From Breznakia blatticola (GTDB lineage Bacteria; Bacillota_I; Bacilli_A; Erysipelotrichales; Erysipelotrichaceae): a stretch of DNA of 32,000 bases. The notes under the pieces were generated by a model. It saw nothing but the letters and a program-made list of their open reading frames with translations, had not been told where the DNA came from and made no database searches. The translations under genes were made by a program, and so were the position numbers. The stretch is from assembly GCF_004365815.1 (NCBI RefSeq), contig NZ_SODD01000007.1, positions 37,560-69,559 on the forward strand, read 5' to 3'. Shown here one piece after another: positions 8,751-18,335 of the stretch; within the stretch, counting starts at the first letter, position 1, and the number at the start of each line of letters is the position of its first letter.

Positions 8751-10133
8751 ATGAAGTTATGGGGTGCAAGATTCACAAAAGAAGCGAGTAAAAAACTCAA
8801 TGATTTTAACTCTTCAATCCAAGTGGATTGTCGAATGTATAAACAAGATATTAAGGGTTCAATTGCGCATGTTACCATGCTAGCAAAACAAGATATCATT
8901 CCTGAAGAAGATGCAAAAACGATCGTTGAAGCACTACAGGACATTGAAAAAGATATTGATGAAGGAACCTTAATGATTGATCCAGAAGCTGAAGATATTC
9001 ATATGTTTATCGAGCAAGTTCTCACGCAAAGAACGGGAGATGTTGGTAAGAAACTGCATACTGGGCGAAGTCGTAATGACCAAGTGGCACTTGATTTCCG
9101 TTTGTATACAATGGATCGCTTAGATGATTTAACAACTTTGGTTAAAGAATTAATTCTAACGTTATGTAAACAAGCAGAAAAACATACAGAAACCATTATG
9201 CCTGGATACACGCACTTACAACGTGCACAACCAATTACATTTGCACATCATCTACTTGCATATGTGGAAATGCTAACACGTGATTTACAGCGTTTCGCTT
9301 TTGCCAAAGAGCAAGCCAATGTTTCACCACTAGGTAGTGGAGCACTAGCAACTACAACGTATCCTATTGATCGTGCTTACAGTGCAAAGCTGTTAGGAAT
9401 GAAAGATATTAGTTTGAACTCTTTAGATGGTGTAAGTGATCGTGATTTTGCAATTGATGCGGCTAATGCCGTAGCTACTTGTATGATGCACTTATCAAGA
9501 TTTTCGGAAGAAATTGTATTATGGAGTTCATGGGAATTTAAATTCATTGAACTTGATGATGCTTTTGCCACAGGAAGTTCGATCATGCCACAAAAGAAAA
9601 ACCCAGATATCTGTGAATTGATTCGTGGGAAAACGGGACGAACTTATGGAAATTTAATGAACTTACTAACTATGATGAAAGGTTTAGCCTTGGCATACAA
9701 CAAAGATATGCAAGAAGATAAAGAGGCACTCTTTGATTCATTAGATACATTAGAAGTATGCTTGGAAACAGTTATTCCAATGGTGGATACAATGCAAGTA
9801 CTAAAAGAAAATATGCGTTCAGCTGCTGCAAAAGGATTTATCAATGCAACAGACTGCGCAGACTATCTAACTAAAAAAGGAATGCCATTCCGTGATGCGT
9901 ATGGCGTGATTGGAAAGTTAGTTCAACAGGCAATCACAAGCAATAAAGTGCTTGAGGAATTGCATCTAGAGGAATTCCAAGAAGTCAGTGAGCTTTTTGA
10001 AGAAGATATTTACGAGGCGATTTCTCTAGATACATGTGTAAATAAGCGTAGTGTTGTTGGTGGGCCAGCCCCAGCAGCAACCAAAGCGCATATCGCATTG
10101 GTCGTTCAAGAATTGGGTGATCAAAATGAATAA
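8751..10133 (+). CDS. argH: Argininosuccinate lyase
   Basis: 460 aa. Starts MKLWGARF. Fumarate-lyase signature GSSIMPQKKNPD. Confidence 0.95.
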   Translation: MKLWGARFTKEASKKLNDFNSSIQVDCRMYKQDIKGSIAHVTMLAKQDIIPEEDAKTIVEALQDIEKDIDEGTLMIDPEAEDIHMFIEQVLTQRTGDVGKKLHTGRSRNDQVALDFRLYTMDRLDDLTTLVKELILTLCKQAEKHTETIMPGYTHLQRAQPITFAHHLLAYVEMLTRDLQRFAFAKEQANVSPLGSGALATTTYPIDRAYSAKLLGMKDISLNSLDGVSDRDFAIDAANAVATCMMHLSRFSEEIVLWSSWEFKFIELDDAFATGSSIMPQKKNPDICELIRGKTGRTYGNLMNLLTMMKGLALAYNKDMQEDKEALFDSLDTLEVCLETVIPMVDTMQVLKENMRSAAAKGFINATDCADYLTKKGMPFRDAYGVIGKLVQQAITSNKVLEELHLEEFQEVSELFEEDIYEAISLDTCVNKRSVVGGPAPAATKAHIALVVQELGDQNE

Positions 10134-11166
10134 ATTACAAGTAGGAATTATTGGTGCAAGTGGATATGGTGGAGCAGAATTATTACGTCTATTACTCAAT
10201 CATAACCAAGTAGAGATTGCTGGTATCAATTCACGTAGTTACATCGGAAAACCAATTTGTGAACTATATCCAGGATTTCAAGAGATAAGTGATTTAGTGT
10301 TTGTTGATGAAGATGCTGTTATTGCGGCAAGTGATCTAATCTTTGCAAGTTTACCTCATGGAATCAGTGAACCAATTGCCAAAAAATGTGCAGATGCAAA
10401 TAAGTGCTTTATCGATTTAGGTGCAGATTTCCGTTTGCATGATGAAGCGGATTATCAAGCTTGGTACAATGTTCCATTTAAAGAAAAAGCATTACACGAA
10501 CAAGCTGTATACGGATTGAGTGAAATCTATCCAGAACAAATCAAGCAGGCAAAAATTATTGGGAATCCAGGATGTTATCCAACAAGTATTGGCCTTGCTC
10601 TATATCCACTTATGACAACAAACTATGCATTTGATGAACATGTGATCATTGATGCAAAAAGTGGAGTTACTGGAGCGGGAAAAGAATTGAGTGAAGGTTC
10701 ACACTTTCCAAATGTTAATGAAGCATTTCATCCGTATAAGGTGGCAAATCACCGTCATACACCTGAGATTGAGCAAACATTAACTGAGATGCATAAGCAA
10801 AAAGTACAGATTACCTTTGTGCCACATCTACTACCAATCTCGCGTGGAATTATTTCTACGATATATGTCAAAATGAATGAAGCAATCAACTTTGATGACT
10901 TGTATCAACACTACGTTGATACATATAAAAACCATACGTTTGTGCGTGTGTTAGAAAACGGGAAATGTGCAAACTTAAAGTATGTTCAATATTCAAATTA
11001 TTGTGATATTAGCTTACATTACGATACACGAACACATACACTTGTCTTAGTATCAGCGATCGATAACATGGTTAAAGGTGCTGCAGGACAAGCGATTCAA
11101 AATATGAATTTAATGTATGGGTTTGCTGAAGATGAAGGATTGAAACTCATTCCTCCATCATTCTAA
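10126..11166 (+). CDS. argC: N-acetyl-gamma-glutamyl-phosphate reductase
   Basis: MNKLQVGIIGASGYGG N-terminus and active-site GNPGCYPT. I chose the start at 10126, which overlaps the argH stop by 8 nt. The ORF-track start at 10051 lies inside argH. Confidence 0.92.
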   Translation: MNKLQVGIIGASGYGGAELLRLLLNHNQVEIAGINSRSYIGKPICELYPGFQEISDLVFVDEDAVIAASDLIFASLPHGISEPIAKKCADANKCFIDLGADFRLHDEADYQAWYNVPFKEKALHEQAVYGLSEIYPEQIKQAKIIGNPGCYPTSIGLALYPLMTTNYAFDEHVIIDAKSGVTGAGKELSEGSHFPNVNEAFHPYKVANHRHTPEIEQTLTEMHKQKVQITFVPHLLPISRGIISTIYVKMNEAINFDDLYQHYVDTYKNHTFVRVLENGKCANLKYVQYSNYCDISLHYDTRTHTLVLVSAIDNMVKGAAGQAIQNMNLMYGFAEDEGLKLIPPSF

Positions 11167-11177
11167 AAGGAGGAATT

Positions 11178-12386
11178 ATGAGTCAAACGGGAGTATGTTA
11201 TCCAAAGGGATTTCTTGCGAATGGAATCCACTGTGGAATCCGAAAAAATAAAAGCAAAAAAGATTTGTGTTTAATCTATAGTGAGAATATATGTGCAGCT
11301 GCAAGTGTGTACACACAAAATAAAGTAAAAGGTGCACCAATTGCAATCACAAAAGAAAACTTATCAAACCATCTAGCACAAGCGATTGTCGTCAATAGTG
11401 GAAATGCAAATACATGCAATAGTAATGGTGAACAAATTGCTAGAGAGATGGCTAAGTTAAGTGCAAATGCACTAGGGATACAAGCAAACGATATGATTGT
11501 TGCTAGTACAGGTGTTATTGGTCAAAAACTAGATATTACACCGATTGCAAACCATATCCAAGAACTCGCAGACGGTCTAAGTGTTGAAGGTGGTATTGCT
11601 GCATGTGAAGCAATTATGACAACTGACACAACGATTAAAGAATGGCATGGTAGTTTTGTGATTGATGGAAAAGAATGTCGTATCGGTGGAATTGCCAAAG
11701 GAAGTGGAATGATTCATCCAAATATGGCAACCATGCTTTCGTTTATTACAAGCGACGTGGATATTAGTACAGAGATGCTAAATCTCGTAATAAAAGAAGT
11801 GGCCGATGAGACATTCAATATGGTAAGTGTTGATGGGGATACATCGACAAATGATATGCTGACTGTAATGTGTAATGGACAAGCAGAAAACCCGCAGATT
11901 CGCGAAAAAGGAAATAACTATGCCATCTTTAAAGAAGCACTGTTTCGTGTAGCCAAACACCTTGCACGCGCAATGGCAAAAGATGGTGAAGGAGCAACAA
12001 AACTATTAACTTGTCAGGTGGTAAATGCACCAACCAAACAAGCTGCAAAGCATATTGCCAAAAGTGTCATCGCATCAAGCTTGGTGAAAAGTGCGATGTT
12101 TGGAAATGATGCAAACTGGGGACGTATTCTTTGTGCTATAGGGTACAGTGATGCAGACTATGACGAAACAACAATTGATGTAACATTTACTAGTGTTGCA
12201 GGAAGTGTTGATGTTTGTAAACAAAGTCAAGGAGTAGACTTTGATGAAGAGCAAGCAACACAGATCTTAAAACAAGAAGAAGTCATAATCTATATTGATA
12301 TGAATCAAGGCAAGGAAACAGCAGAAAGCTGGGGTTGTGACTTAACGTATGACTATGTCAAAATCAACGGAGATTACCGTACATAA
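11178..12386 (+). CDS. argJ: Bifunctional ornithine acetyltransferase / N-acetylglutamate synthase
   Basis: 402 aa. Autoprocessing site HPNMATMLSFITSD. C-terminus YVKINGDYRT. Confidence 0.93.
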   Translation: MSQTGVCYPKGFLANGIHCGIRKNKSKKDLCLIYSENICAAASVYTQNKVKGAPIAITKENLSNHLAQAIVVNSGNANTCNSNGEQIAREMAKLSANALGIQANDMIVASTGVIGQKLDITPIANHIQELADGLSVEGGIAACEAIMTTDTTIKEWHGSFVIDGKECRIGGIAKGSGMIHPNMATMLSFITSDVDISTEMLNLVIKEVADETFNMVSVDGDTSTNDMLTVMCNGQAENPQIREKGNNYAIFKEALFRVAKHLARAMAKDGEGATKLLTCQVVNAPTKQAAKHIAKSVIASSLVKSAMFGNDANWGRILCAIGYSDADYDETTIDVTFTSVAGSVDVCKQSQGVDFDEEQATQILKQEEVIIYIDMNQGKETAESWGCDLTYDYVKINGDYRT

Positions 12387-12403
12387 TGAGGGGTGAAACA
12401 AAA

Positions 12404-13282
12404 ATGATGAAAGATGCAATTAAAGAAGCTGAGATTCTCTCGCAAGCTTTACCATACATTCAAGAATACAGTGATAAGATTATCGTTGTGAAATATGGTG
12501 GAAATGCCATGAAAAATGAAGAGCTCAAACAAAACGTTATGACGGATATCGTATTGTTGAGTGAAATAGGAATAAAAGTTGTGTTGGTACATGGTGGTGG
12601 ACCAGCAATTAATCATATGCTACAAAAAGTAGGAATTGAACCGAAGTTTGTGGATGGATTACGGTACACAGATAAAGATACGATGGAAGTTGTACAAATG
12701 GTTCTGGCTGGGCAAACCAACAAAGAGTTGGTATCTATTCTAAATGGGAAAGGTGCAACTGCAGTTGGGCTTTCTGGAATGGATGCAAAACTGATCAAAG
12801 CAAAAAAATACGAAGCAAACGGAAAAGATCTAGGTTTTGTTGGTGAAGTAGAACAAATTCATGCGAAGTCAATTCTTGATGTATTGGCACATGGATATAT
12901 TCCAGTAATTGCATCGGTAGGGGTTGATGATGAAGGACAAGCCTACAATATCAATGCAGATATTGCGGCAAGTTCCATTGCCCAAGCACTCAATGCTGAA
13001 AATATGATTTTAGTTAGTGATGTTCCAGGGATTTTAGAAGATCCGAAAGATGAACGTTCATTATATTCAAATATTTACTTCGATCAAATTGATGAATTAA
13101 TTGCTAGTGACTTTATTAGTGGTGGAATGATTCCGAAAGTTGAGTGTATCAAAACTGCGCTTGATGGTGGTGTTAAGAAATCATGTATTATTGATGGTCG
13201 CATTCCACATTCAATCTTAATAGAAATATTAAGTCAACAAGGAATTGGAACCTTGTTTAAGAAAAGAGGCATTTATGAATAA
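12404..13282 (+). CDS. argB: Acetylglutamate kinase
   Basis: Contains VVKYGGNAM and VLVHGGGP motifs. The ATG at 12404 follows GAGGGG. The ORF-track start at 12386 overlaps the argJ stop and has no RBS. Confidence 0.92.
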   Translation: MMKDAIKEAEILSQALPYIQEYSDKIIVVKYGGNAMKNEELKQNVMTDIVLLSEIGIKVVLVHGGGPAINHMLQKVGIEPKFVDGLRYTDKDTMEVVQMVLAGQTNKELVSILNGKGATAVGLSGMDAKLIKAKKYEANGKDLGFVGEVEQIHAKSILDVLAHGYIPVIASVGVDDEGQAYNINADIAASSIAQALNAENMILVSDVPGILEDPKDERSLYSNIYFDQIDELIASDFISGGMIPKVECIKTALDGGVKKSCIIDGRIPHSILIEILSQQGIGTLFKKRGIYE

Positions 13283-14459
13283 TGTATTGAAGATGCGAGA
13301 ACATGCATATATTGCAAATACGTATAATCGTTTTGATGTCGCACTAAAGTATGGGAATGGTGTTATTGTTGTTGACGACGAAGGAAAAGAATATTTAGAT
13401 TTCACAAGTGGAATTGGTGTATGTGGTTTGGGACATAGTTTTGAACCATGGGTGAAAGCAACTACAAAACAACTGAAGGATATTGAACACACATCGAATT
13501 TGTTTTATACAGAACCGATGGTAGATGTTGCTGAGAAATTATGTAAAGCAGCAAAATTAGAAAAAGTATTCTTTGCCAACTCAGGAGCAGAAGCCAATGA
13601 AGGAGCAATCAAAGCTGCGCGTAAATATGCTTTTGATATCTACAAAGGCGATCGTTCTGAAATTATTACGCTTAAGAATTCATTTCACGGTCGTACGATT
13701 TCTACATTAAGTGCAACTGGTCAAGATAGTTTTCATCAGTTCTTTGATCCATTTACACCGGGATTTGTTTATGTGGAAGCTAATAACTTTGAAGAATTAG
13801 CAAGTGCAATAAACTCGAAAACGCTCGCAATTATGGTTGAAGTCGTACAAGGAGAAGGTGGAGTTATTCCACTAGCAGAAACCTACTTACAAGCAATACA
13901 AGATATTTGTGACCATAAAGACATTCTTTTTATCGTTGACGAAGTACAAACGGGAATGGGACGCACAGGATCACTATTTGCATATATGCAATATGGATTG
14001 AAACCAGATATCGTAACATGTGCCAAAGGACTAGGAAATGGATTGCCAATTGGAGCAGTTCTACTAGGAGACAAAGTAGAAGATATCTTTGAAAAAGGAG
14101 ACCATGGTTCTACTTTTGGGGCAAACCCAGTATCTTGTGCTGGAGCAAATGTTGTAATGGACTACATGAATGATAGTTTGTATAGCAATGTTATCAAGAT
14201 GGGAGATTTACTAGTAACTAAATTAAAGGAAATCCCACAAGTTGTACAAGTGGATGGACTTGGATTAATGTTAGGAATTGAAATTGATGCATCAATTGCT
14301 GCACGTGAAGTAGTGGAAGCGTGTATTGAAAAAGGATTACTAATTTTAACTGCTAAAAATCGTTTACGCTTGTTGCCACCACTAGTGATTACAGATAAAC
14401 ATATTGAAAAAGCCGTAAAAATACTAGCAGATGTATTAGCAAGTAAAGCAAAGGGGTAA
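13275..14459 (+). CDS. argD: Acetylornithine aminotransferase
   Basis: Class-III aminotransferase pattern (YLDF.SGIGV..LGH, DEVQTGMGRTG, the PLP lysine in TCAKGLGNG). The start at 13275 overlaps the argB stop by 8 nt. Confidence 0.92.
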   Translation: MNNVLKMREHAYIANTYNRFDVALKYGNGVIVVDDEGKEYLDFTSGIGVCGLGHSFEPWVKATTKQLKDIEHTSNLFYTEPMVDVAEKLCKAAKLEKVFFANSGAEANEGAIKAARKYAFDIYKGDRSEIITLKNSFHGRTISTLSATGQDSFHQFFDPFTPGFVYVEANNFEELASAINSKTLAIMVEVVQGEGGVIPLAETYLQAIQDICDHKDILFIVDEVQTGMGRTGSLFAYMQYGLKPDIVTCAKGLGNGLPIGAVLLGDKVEDIFEKGDHGSTFGANPVSCAGANVVMDYMNDSLYSNVIKMGDLLVTKLKEIPQVVQVDGLGLMLGIEIDASIAAREVVEACIEKGLLILTAKNRLRLLPPLVITDKHIEKAVKILADVLASKAKG

Positions 14460-14460
14460 T

Positions 14461-15366
14461 ATGAAACATTTATTAAAGATGAGTGATCTAAGTAAAGCAG
14501 AGATTTATGAACTGTTGGACTTAGCAGATACATTGAAAAAAGAAGTGAAAGCGGGAATTCAAACGCCATACTTAAAAGGAAAGACGTTAGGTTGTATCTT
14601 TCAAAAAGCAAGTACGAGAACTCGTGTGTCATTTGAAGTCGGAATGGTACAACTTGGTGGATATCCATTATTTCTAAGCTCAAATGACTTACAAATTGGT
14701 CGTGGAGAACCTGTTGAAGATACAGCGCGTGTGCTTTCAAGATATCTTGATGGTATTATGATTCGTACCTTCGAACAAAAAGAAGTAGAAGATTTTGCCA
14801 AATATGGAAGTGTACCAATTATTAATGGACTAACTGATTATGCCCATCCATGTCAAATTCTTGCAGACTTAATGACAATCAGAGAGTTTAAGGGAACACT
14901 AGAAGGATTAAAACTATGCTATATCGGTGATGGTAATAATATGGCTAACTCATACATTGTGGGGATGTTAACTGCAGGGATGAAAGTCAGTGTAGCTACA
15001 CCAAAAGGATATGAGCCAGATGCAGACATTCTTGCGAAGTATCAAGCAGATCCAAACTTTGAACTAACAAATGATCCAAAACAGGCTGCAAAAGATGCGG
15101 ATGTAGTGGTAACTGATGTTTGGGCAAGTATGGGTGATGAAGCAGAAGCAGACCAACGTAAGAAAGTGTTTGCTGGAACATTCCAAGTAAACCGTGAAAT
15201 TATGAATCTTGCTAAAGCAGATGCAATGGTCTTGCATTGCTTGCCTGCACACCGTGAAGAAGAAATTACTGCAGAAGTATTTGAAGAACATGCAAATGAG
15301 ATCTTTGAAGAAGCAGAAAACCGTCTACATGCACAAAAAGCGGTGCTTGTAACACTGATGAAATAA
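14461..15366 (+). CDS. argF: Ornithine carbamoyltransferase
   Basis: Contains STRTR, HPCQ and HCLP motifs. 301 aa. Confidence 0.93.
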   Translation: MKHLLKMSDLSKAEIYELLDLADTLKKEVKAGIQTPYLKGKTLGCIFQKASTRTRVSFEVGMVQLGGYPLFLSSNDLQIGRGEPVEDTARVLSRYLDGIMIRTFEQKEVEDFAKYGSVPIINGLTDYAHPCQILADLMTIREFKGTLEGLKLCYIGDGNNMANSYIVGMLTAGMKVSVATPKGYEPDADILAKYQADPNFELTNDPKQAAKDADVVVTDVWASMGDEAEADQRKKVFAGTFQVNREIMNLAKADAMVLHCLPAHREEEITAEVFEEHANEIFEEAENRLHAQKAVLVTLMK

Positions 15367-15390
15367 GGGATTTTACATCCCTTTTCTATT
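15365..15390 (+). terminator. Intrinsic terminator of the arg operon
   Basis: Hairpin AAGGGAT-TTTAC-ATCCCTT directly after the stop codon, followed by a T-rich tail. Confidence 0.6.
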
Positions 15391-15426
15391 TTATTGAAAA
15401 TATTTTAAAAAACTTTCAAATAATGC

Positions 15427-15455
15427 TTGACTCACCCCCTTCGTTTCGGTATAAT
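15427..15455 (+). promoter_or_regulatory. Sigma-A promoter for tRNA-Glu (TTGACT-17 nt-TATAAT)
   Basis: TTGACT at 15427-15432. TATAAT at 15450-15455. Confidence 0.6.
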
Positions 15456-15485
15456 TCATCATGTACCTGTCAAAAAGGTAATGTT

Positions 15486-15562
15486 GGCCCGTTGGTGAAG
15501 CGGCTTAACACACCGCCCTTTCACGGCGGCATTCACGGGTTCGAATCCCGTACGGGTCACCA
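15486..15562 (+). tRNA. tRNA-Glu (anticodon UUC), CCA encoded
   Basis: Cloverleaf folded by hand. Acceptor GGCCCGT / ACGGGTC. Anticodon arm CCGCC-CTTTCAC-GGCGG. T arm ACGGG-TTCGAAT-CCCGT. Ends in ACCA. Confidence 0.9.
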
Positions 15563-15635
15563 ATATAAAAGAACGAGACAATTAAGCCGGTCTCTTTTTT
15601 TTATGTTTTATGTAAGATAGAAATCTAATATATGA

Positions 15636-15664
15636 TTGACATACATCTAACGTCATATTATACT
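15636..15664 (+). promoter_or_regulatory. Sigma-A promoter of the MFS/ArsR pair (TTGACA-17 nt-TATACT)
   Basis: TTGACA at 15636-15641. TATACT at 15659-15664. Confidence 0.55.
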
Positions 15665-15695
15665 AAAGTTGTGATATGTTAGAGGGGTATCAAAT

Positions 15696-16967
15696 ATGAA
15701 AGAGATAACACGTAAAATGTTAATAAAGGATCAACCACGCTATGTTCGTTATATGAGTGCGAATTTGATCAATCGCTTTGGGGATGCAGTAGATTCCTTG
15801 GCAACGGTTTGGTTGACGTATGAAGTGACAGGTAGTGCAAGTATGTCTGCACTAGCATATGCATGCAACATGCTACCTACAGTAATTCTGACACCGCTAT
15901 TAGGTGCGTACGTCGAAAAGTTAAATAAGAAGAAAGTAATGGTTCTTGTCGATTTTATGCGTGCAGTTTTGGTGTGTTTGTATCTATTCCTATATGTTAG
16001 TGGAATATTAAATGTTGCGATGATTTTAACACTTACCGTACTGACATCAAGTGTTGAAGCGTTTGGTCAACCAGCAATATCCGCTTTCGTGACAGAGATT
16101 CTTGACAAAGAGTATTATGAAGTTGGAGTTGGAACCAATCGTGCAATGATGTCTGCAATGGAGCTTGTTGGAAATGCATTAGCGGGAATTATTCTAGCAA
16201 CCTTTGGTATTGCTGGTGCCTTTGTTGTCGATGGGTGTACATTTGTGATTGCTGCTTTATTAAAACTGAGTATTCCCTATAAACAAAGAATACATGAACA
16301 ACATGCGAATACTCCATATCTTACAATGCTAAAAGATGGATTTGTTTATTTACGCAAATCGAAAGTTTTATTAACTCTATGTTTCATTGGATTGTTCTTA
16401 AATGCATCACTGGTTCCATTTAATGCAGTACTTGCACCTTATATTGGAACATACTTAAATGGAAGCCCTATGTTTCTATCACTAGTGAGTATTGGGGTTT
16501 CAGCAGGGGCAATGTTCGGTGGATTTTTATATCCTACAATCAGTAAAAAAATATCTACGAACATGCAATTTGCAATCGCAGGAATATGTGCAGCACTTCT
16601 ATATTTTAGTTTTACGTTAGTTGCAGTTCTATCTTTACCACTTTACGTTTCGATTGCCTTACTTTTCGTCTTTATTTTTTTTATGGGAGTTGCAGTCAGT
16701 ATTGGTGGTAGTATAGCCAACATTACATTCATCTCTCGGGTAGATCAGGAATACCTATCACGATCTTCTGCGATTATCGATGCGTTTTTCTATAGCGGAA
16801 TGCCAATTACATCAGTTGTTGTATCGATTGTGGTAGCAAGTTTAAGCATTCCACAGGTATTTCTCATCTTTGGATGCATCTGCTTAGCATGTTTTGGTAT
16901 AATACTACATAACAAGACATTGAAGGGGGACACAAGCGATGTTAACACTACAGCAACAACCATATGA
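15696..16967 (+). CDS. MFS transporter (efflux-type, about 12 TM)
   Basis: 423 aa and hydrophobic throughout. The N-terminal RFGDAVDSLATVWL pattern is typical of MFS_3/EntS-like exporters. GAGGGG RBS. Confidence 0.85.
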   Translation: MKEITRKMLIKDQPRYVRYMSANLINRFGDAVDSLATVWLTYEVTGSASMSALAYACNMLPTVILTPLLGAYVEKLNKKKVMVLVDFMRAVLVCLYLFLYVSGILNVAMILTLTVLTSSVEAFGQPAISAFVTEILDKEYYEVGVGTNRAMMSAMELVGNALAGIILATFGIAGAFVVDGCTFVIAALLKLSIPYKQRIHEQHANTPYLTMLKDGFVYLRKSKVLLTLCFIGLFLNASLVPFNAVLAPYIGTYLNGSPMFLSLVSIGVSAGAMFGGFLYPTISKKISTNMQFAIAGICAALLYFSFTLVAVLSLPLYVSIALLFVFIFFMGVAVSIGGSIANITFISRVDQEYLSRSSAIIDAFFYSGMPITSVVVSIVVASLSIPQVFLIFGCICLACFGIILHNKTLKGDTSDVNTTATTI

Positions 16968-17943
16968 ACTATATGAAACCTTTTCGTACTTTGAGCGTGC
17001 GTACTTCAATATACCCGTAACAGCAGCTTGGAAGAAATATGATCCACTTCGTAAGAAACTAGAAGAAAGTTATACGGTGTTACAGCCAACGCTTAGCAAA
17101 ATTATTAAAGACCATCAAAAATTCTTTGAGTATACGACGTTTGGTGCCTCAGAAGGTGATACGTGGGTTGGATTTATTGTGTTTTCGATTGTATATTTAA
17201 ATAAAGATAAAAATCAACAACGGGCTTTCGCTTTAGAAATGATGGAACTTTTGAAAGCATCAAGTATACAAGAAGAAGCTGACGATTTACGTTCAACCTT
17301 TATTACTTTCCTACAAGAAGATGAAATGGATAGTAAACACAAATGGGAATTGCTCTATATATATGAAAATTTCGATTTTTTTGCTAGTGAAATCACAACG
17401 ATTATTGAAACGCTTCGGCCTGAAGTTCGTAAACAATTACAAATGTACCAATTAGAAGTGTCAAACTTTATTGACGATATCACACGTAATACAAGACAAA
17501 TGAGTTTAGAAAGTTACATTAAAAGGGTTGTGCGTGTCACTATTGAAGATGCAGAGGTTCGAGTCGTGTATCCAACTGTATTTGGTTCGAATTCACTAAC
17601 GATTCAGGAACGATATGTGTTTATTGGAATTCTATTTGATTCATCATTTGACTTTCAAGGAGAGAATGAAGAACTAGATTTATTGTTAGCTAAAATGAAA
17701 GTGTTAACAGATCCAAGTAAGTTTGCAATTCTTAAGGAATTACACAAGGAATCAACATATGGAAATGATCTTGCAAAGAAAATGAATTTAACTCCCGCAA
17801 CGATTTCGCATCATATGAATGCTTTATTAAGTGAAGGCCTTGTTAACTTGCGAACAGGTAAAAGCAAACGGATTTATTACAGTGTGAATGAAGAGGCAGT
17901 GAAAAGCATCCTACAAAACGTTGAAGAGCAATTATTAAGTTAA
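16939..17943 (+). CDS. ArsR/SmtB-type winged-helix regulator with a long uncharacterised N-terminal domain
   Basis: The C-terminal roughly 90 aa (DPSKFAILKEL...DLAKKMNLTPATISHHMNALLSEGLV...RIYYSV) is an ArsR HTH. I do not recognise the roughly 240-aa N-terminal part. The ATG at 16939 follows AAGGGGGA and lies 29 nt inside the MFS gene. Confidence 0.75.
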   Translation: MLTLQQQPYELYETFSYFERAYFNIPVTAAWKKYDPLRKKLEESYTVLQPTLSKIIKDHQKFFEYTTFGASEGDTWVGFIVFSIVYLNKDKNQQRAFALEMMELLKASSIQEEADDLRSTFITFLQEDEMDSKHKWELLYIYENFDFFASEITTIIETLRPEVRKQLQMYQLEVSNFIDDITRNTRQMSLESYIKRVVRVTIEDAEVRVVYPTVFGSNSLTIQERYVFIGILFDSSFDFQGENEELDLLLAKMKVLTDPSKFAILKELHKESTYGNDLAKKMNLTPATISHHMNALLSEGLVNLRTGKSKRIYYSVNEEAVKSILQNVEEQLLS

Positions 17944-17955
17944 TTGCTTTTTTTG
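17927..17955 (+). terminator. Intrinsic terminator after the ArsR-like gene
   Basis: Hairpin AGCAATTA-TTAAGT-TAATTGCT spanning the stop codon, followed by TTTTTTT. Confidence 0.6.
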
Positions 17956-17986
17956 TTGACAATAATATTATACGGTGTATAGTATT
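17956..17986 (+). promoter_or_regulatory. Promoter (TTGACA) with an overlapping imperfect palindrome, candidate PadR operator
   Basis: TTGACA at 17956-17961. Inverted repeat AATATTATAC (17964-17973) - GGT - GTATAGTATT (17977-17986), with one mismatch, covers the -10 region. Confidence 0.45.
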
Positions 17987-18005
17987 ATATGAAAGGAGAT
18001 ACTAT

Positions 18006-18335
18006 ATGAAATTTCAATTAGGTTCAAGTTTGCTGGATGCGTGTGTATTATCAATCCTCAGAAATGATGATGCATATGGTTATAAACTAACACAAGAAGT
18101 GAAGACAGTTATTGAAGTATCGGAGTCGACACTCTATCCAGTTTTACGACGCTTGACAAAAGATGGATACTTAGAAACCTACGATAAGCAATTCGAAGGT
18201 AGAAATAGAAGATATTACACCCTAACTGAACAAGGGAAGAAACAATACCAATTGTATTATGATGCTTGGAAAGAGTTCTCGACTCGTATAAGCAACATCA
18301 TGGAAGGAGGACATACAAATGGAGAATATGACTAA
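18006..18335 (+). CDS. PadR-family transcriptional regulator
   Basis: 109 aa. Contains GYKLTQEV...SESTLYPVLRRLTKDGYLE..........RRYYTLTEQG, a canonical PadR winged helix. Confidence 0.88.
   Translation: MKFQLGSSLLDACVLSILRNDDAYGYKLTQEVKTVIEVSESTLYPVLRRLTKDGYLETYDKQFEGRNRRYYTLTEQGKKQYQLYYDAWKEFSTRISNIMEGGHTNGEYD

Noticed and set aside
14162-14740. 192-aa ORF on the minus strand
   Set aside because: It is entirely antisense to the well-supported argD/argF genes. It has no RBS, and its low-complexity translation is typical of the antisense frame of an AT-rich gene.
15423-15620. 65-aa plus-strand ORF
   Set aside because: It reads straight through the promoter, the tRNA-Glu gene and its terminator, so it is an artefact of the ORF caller.
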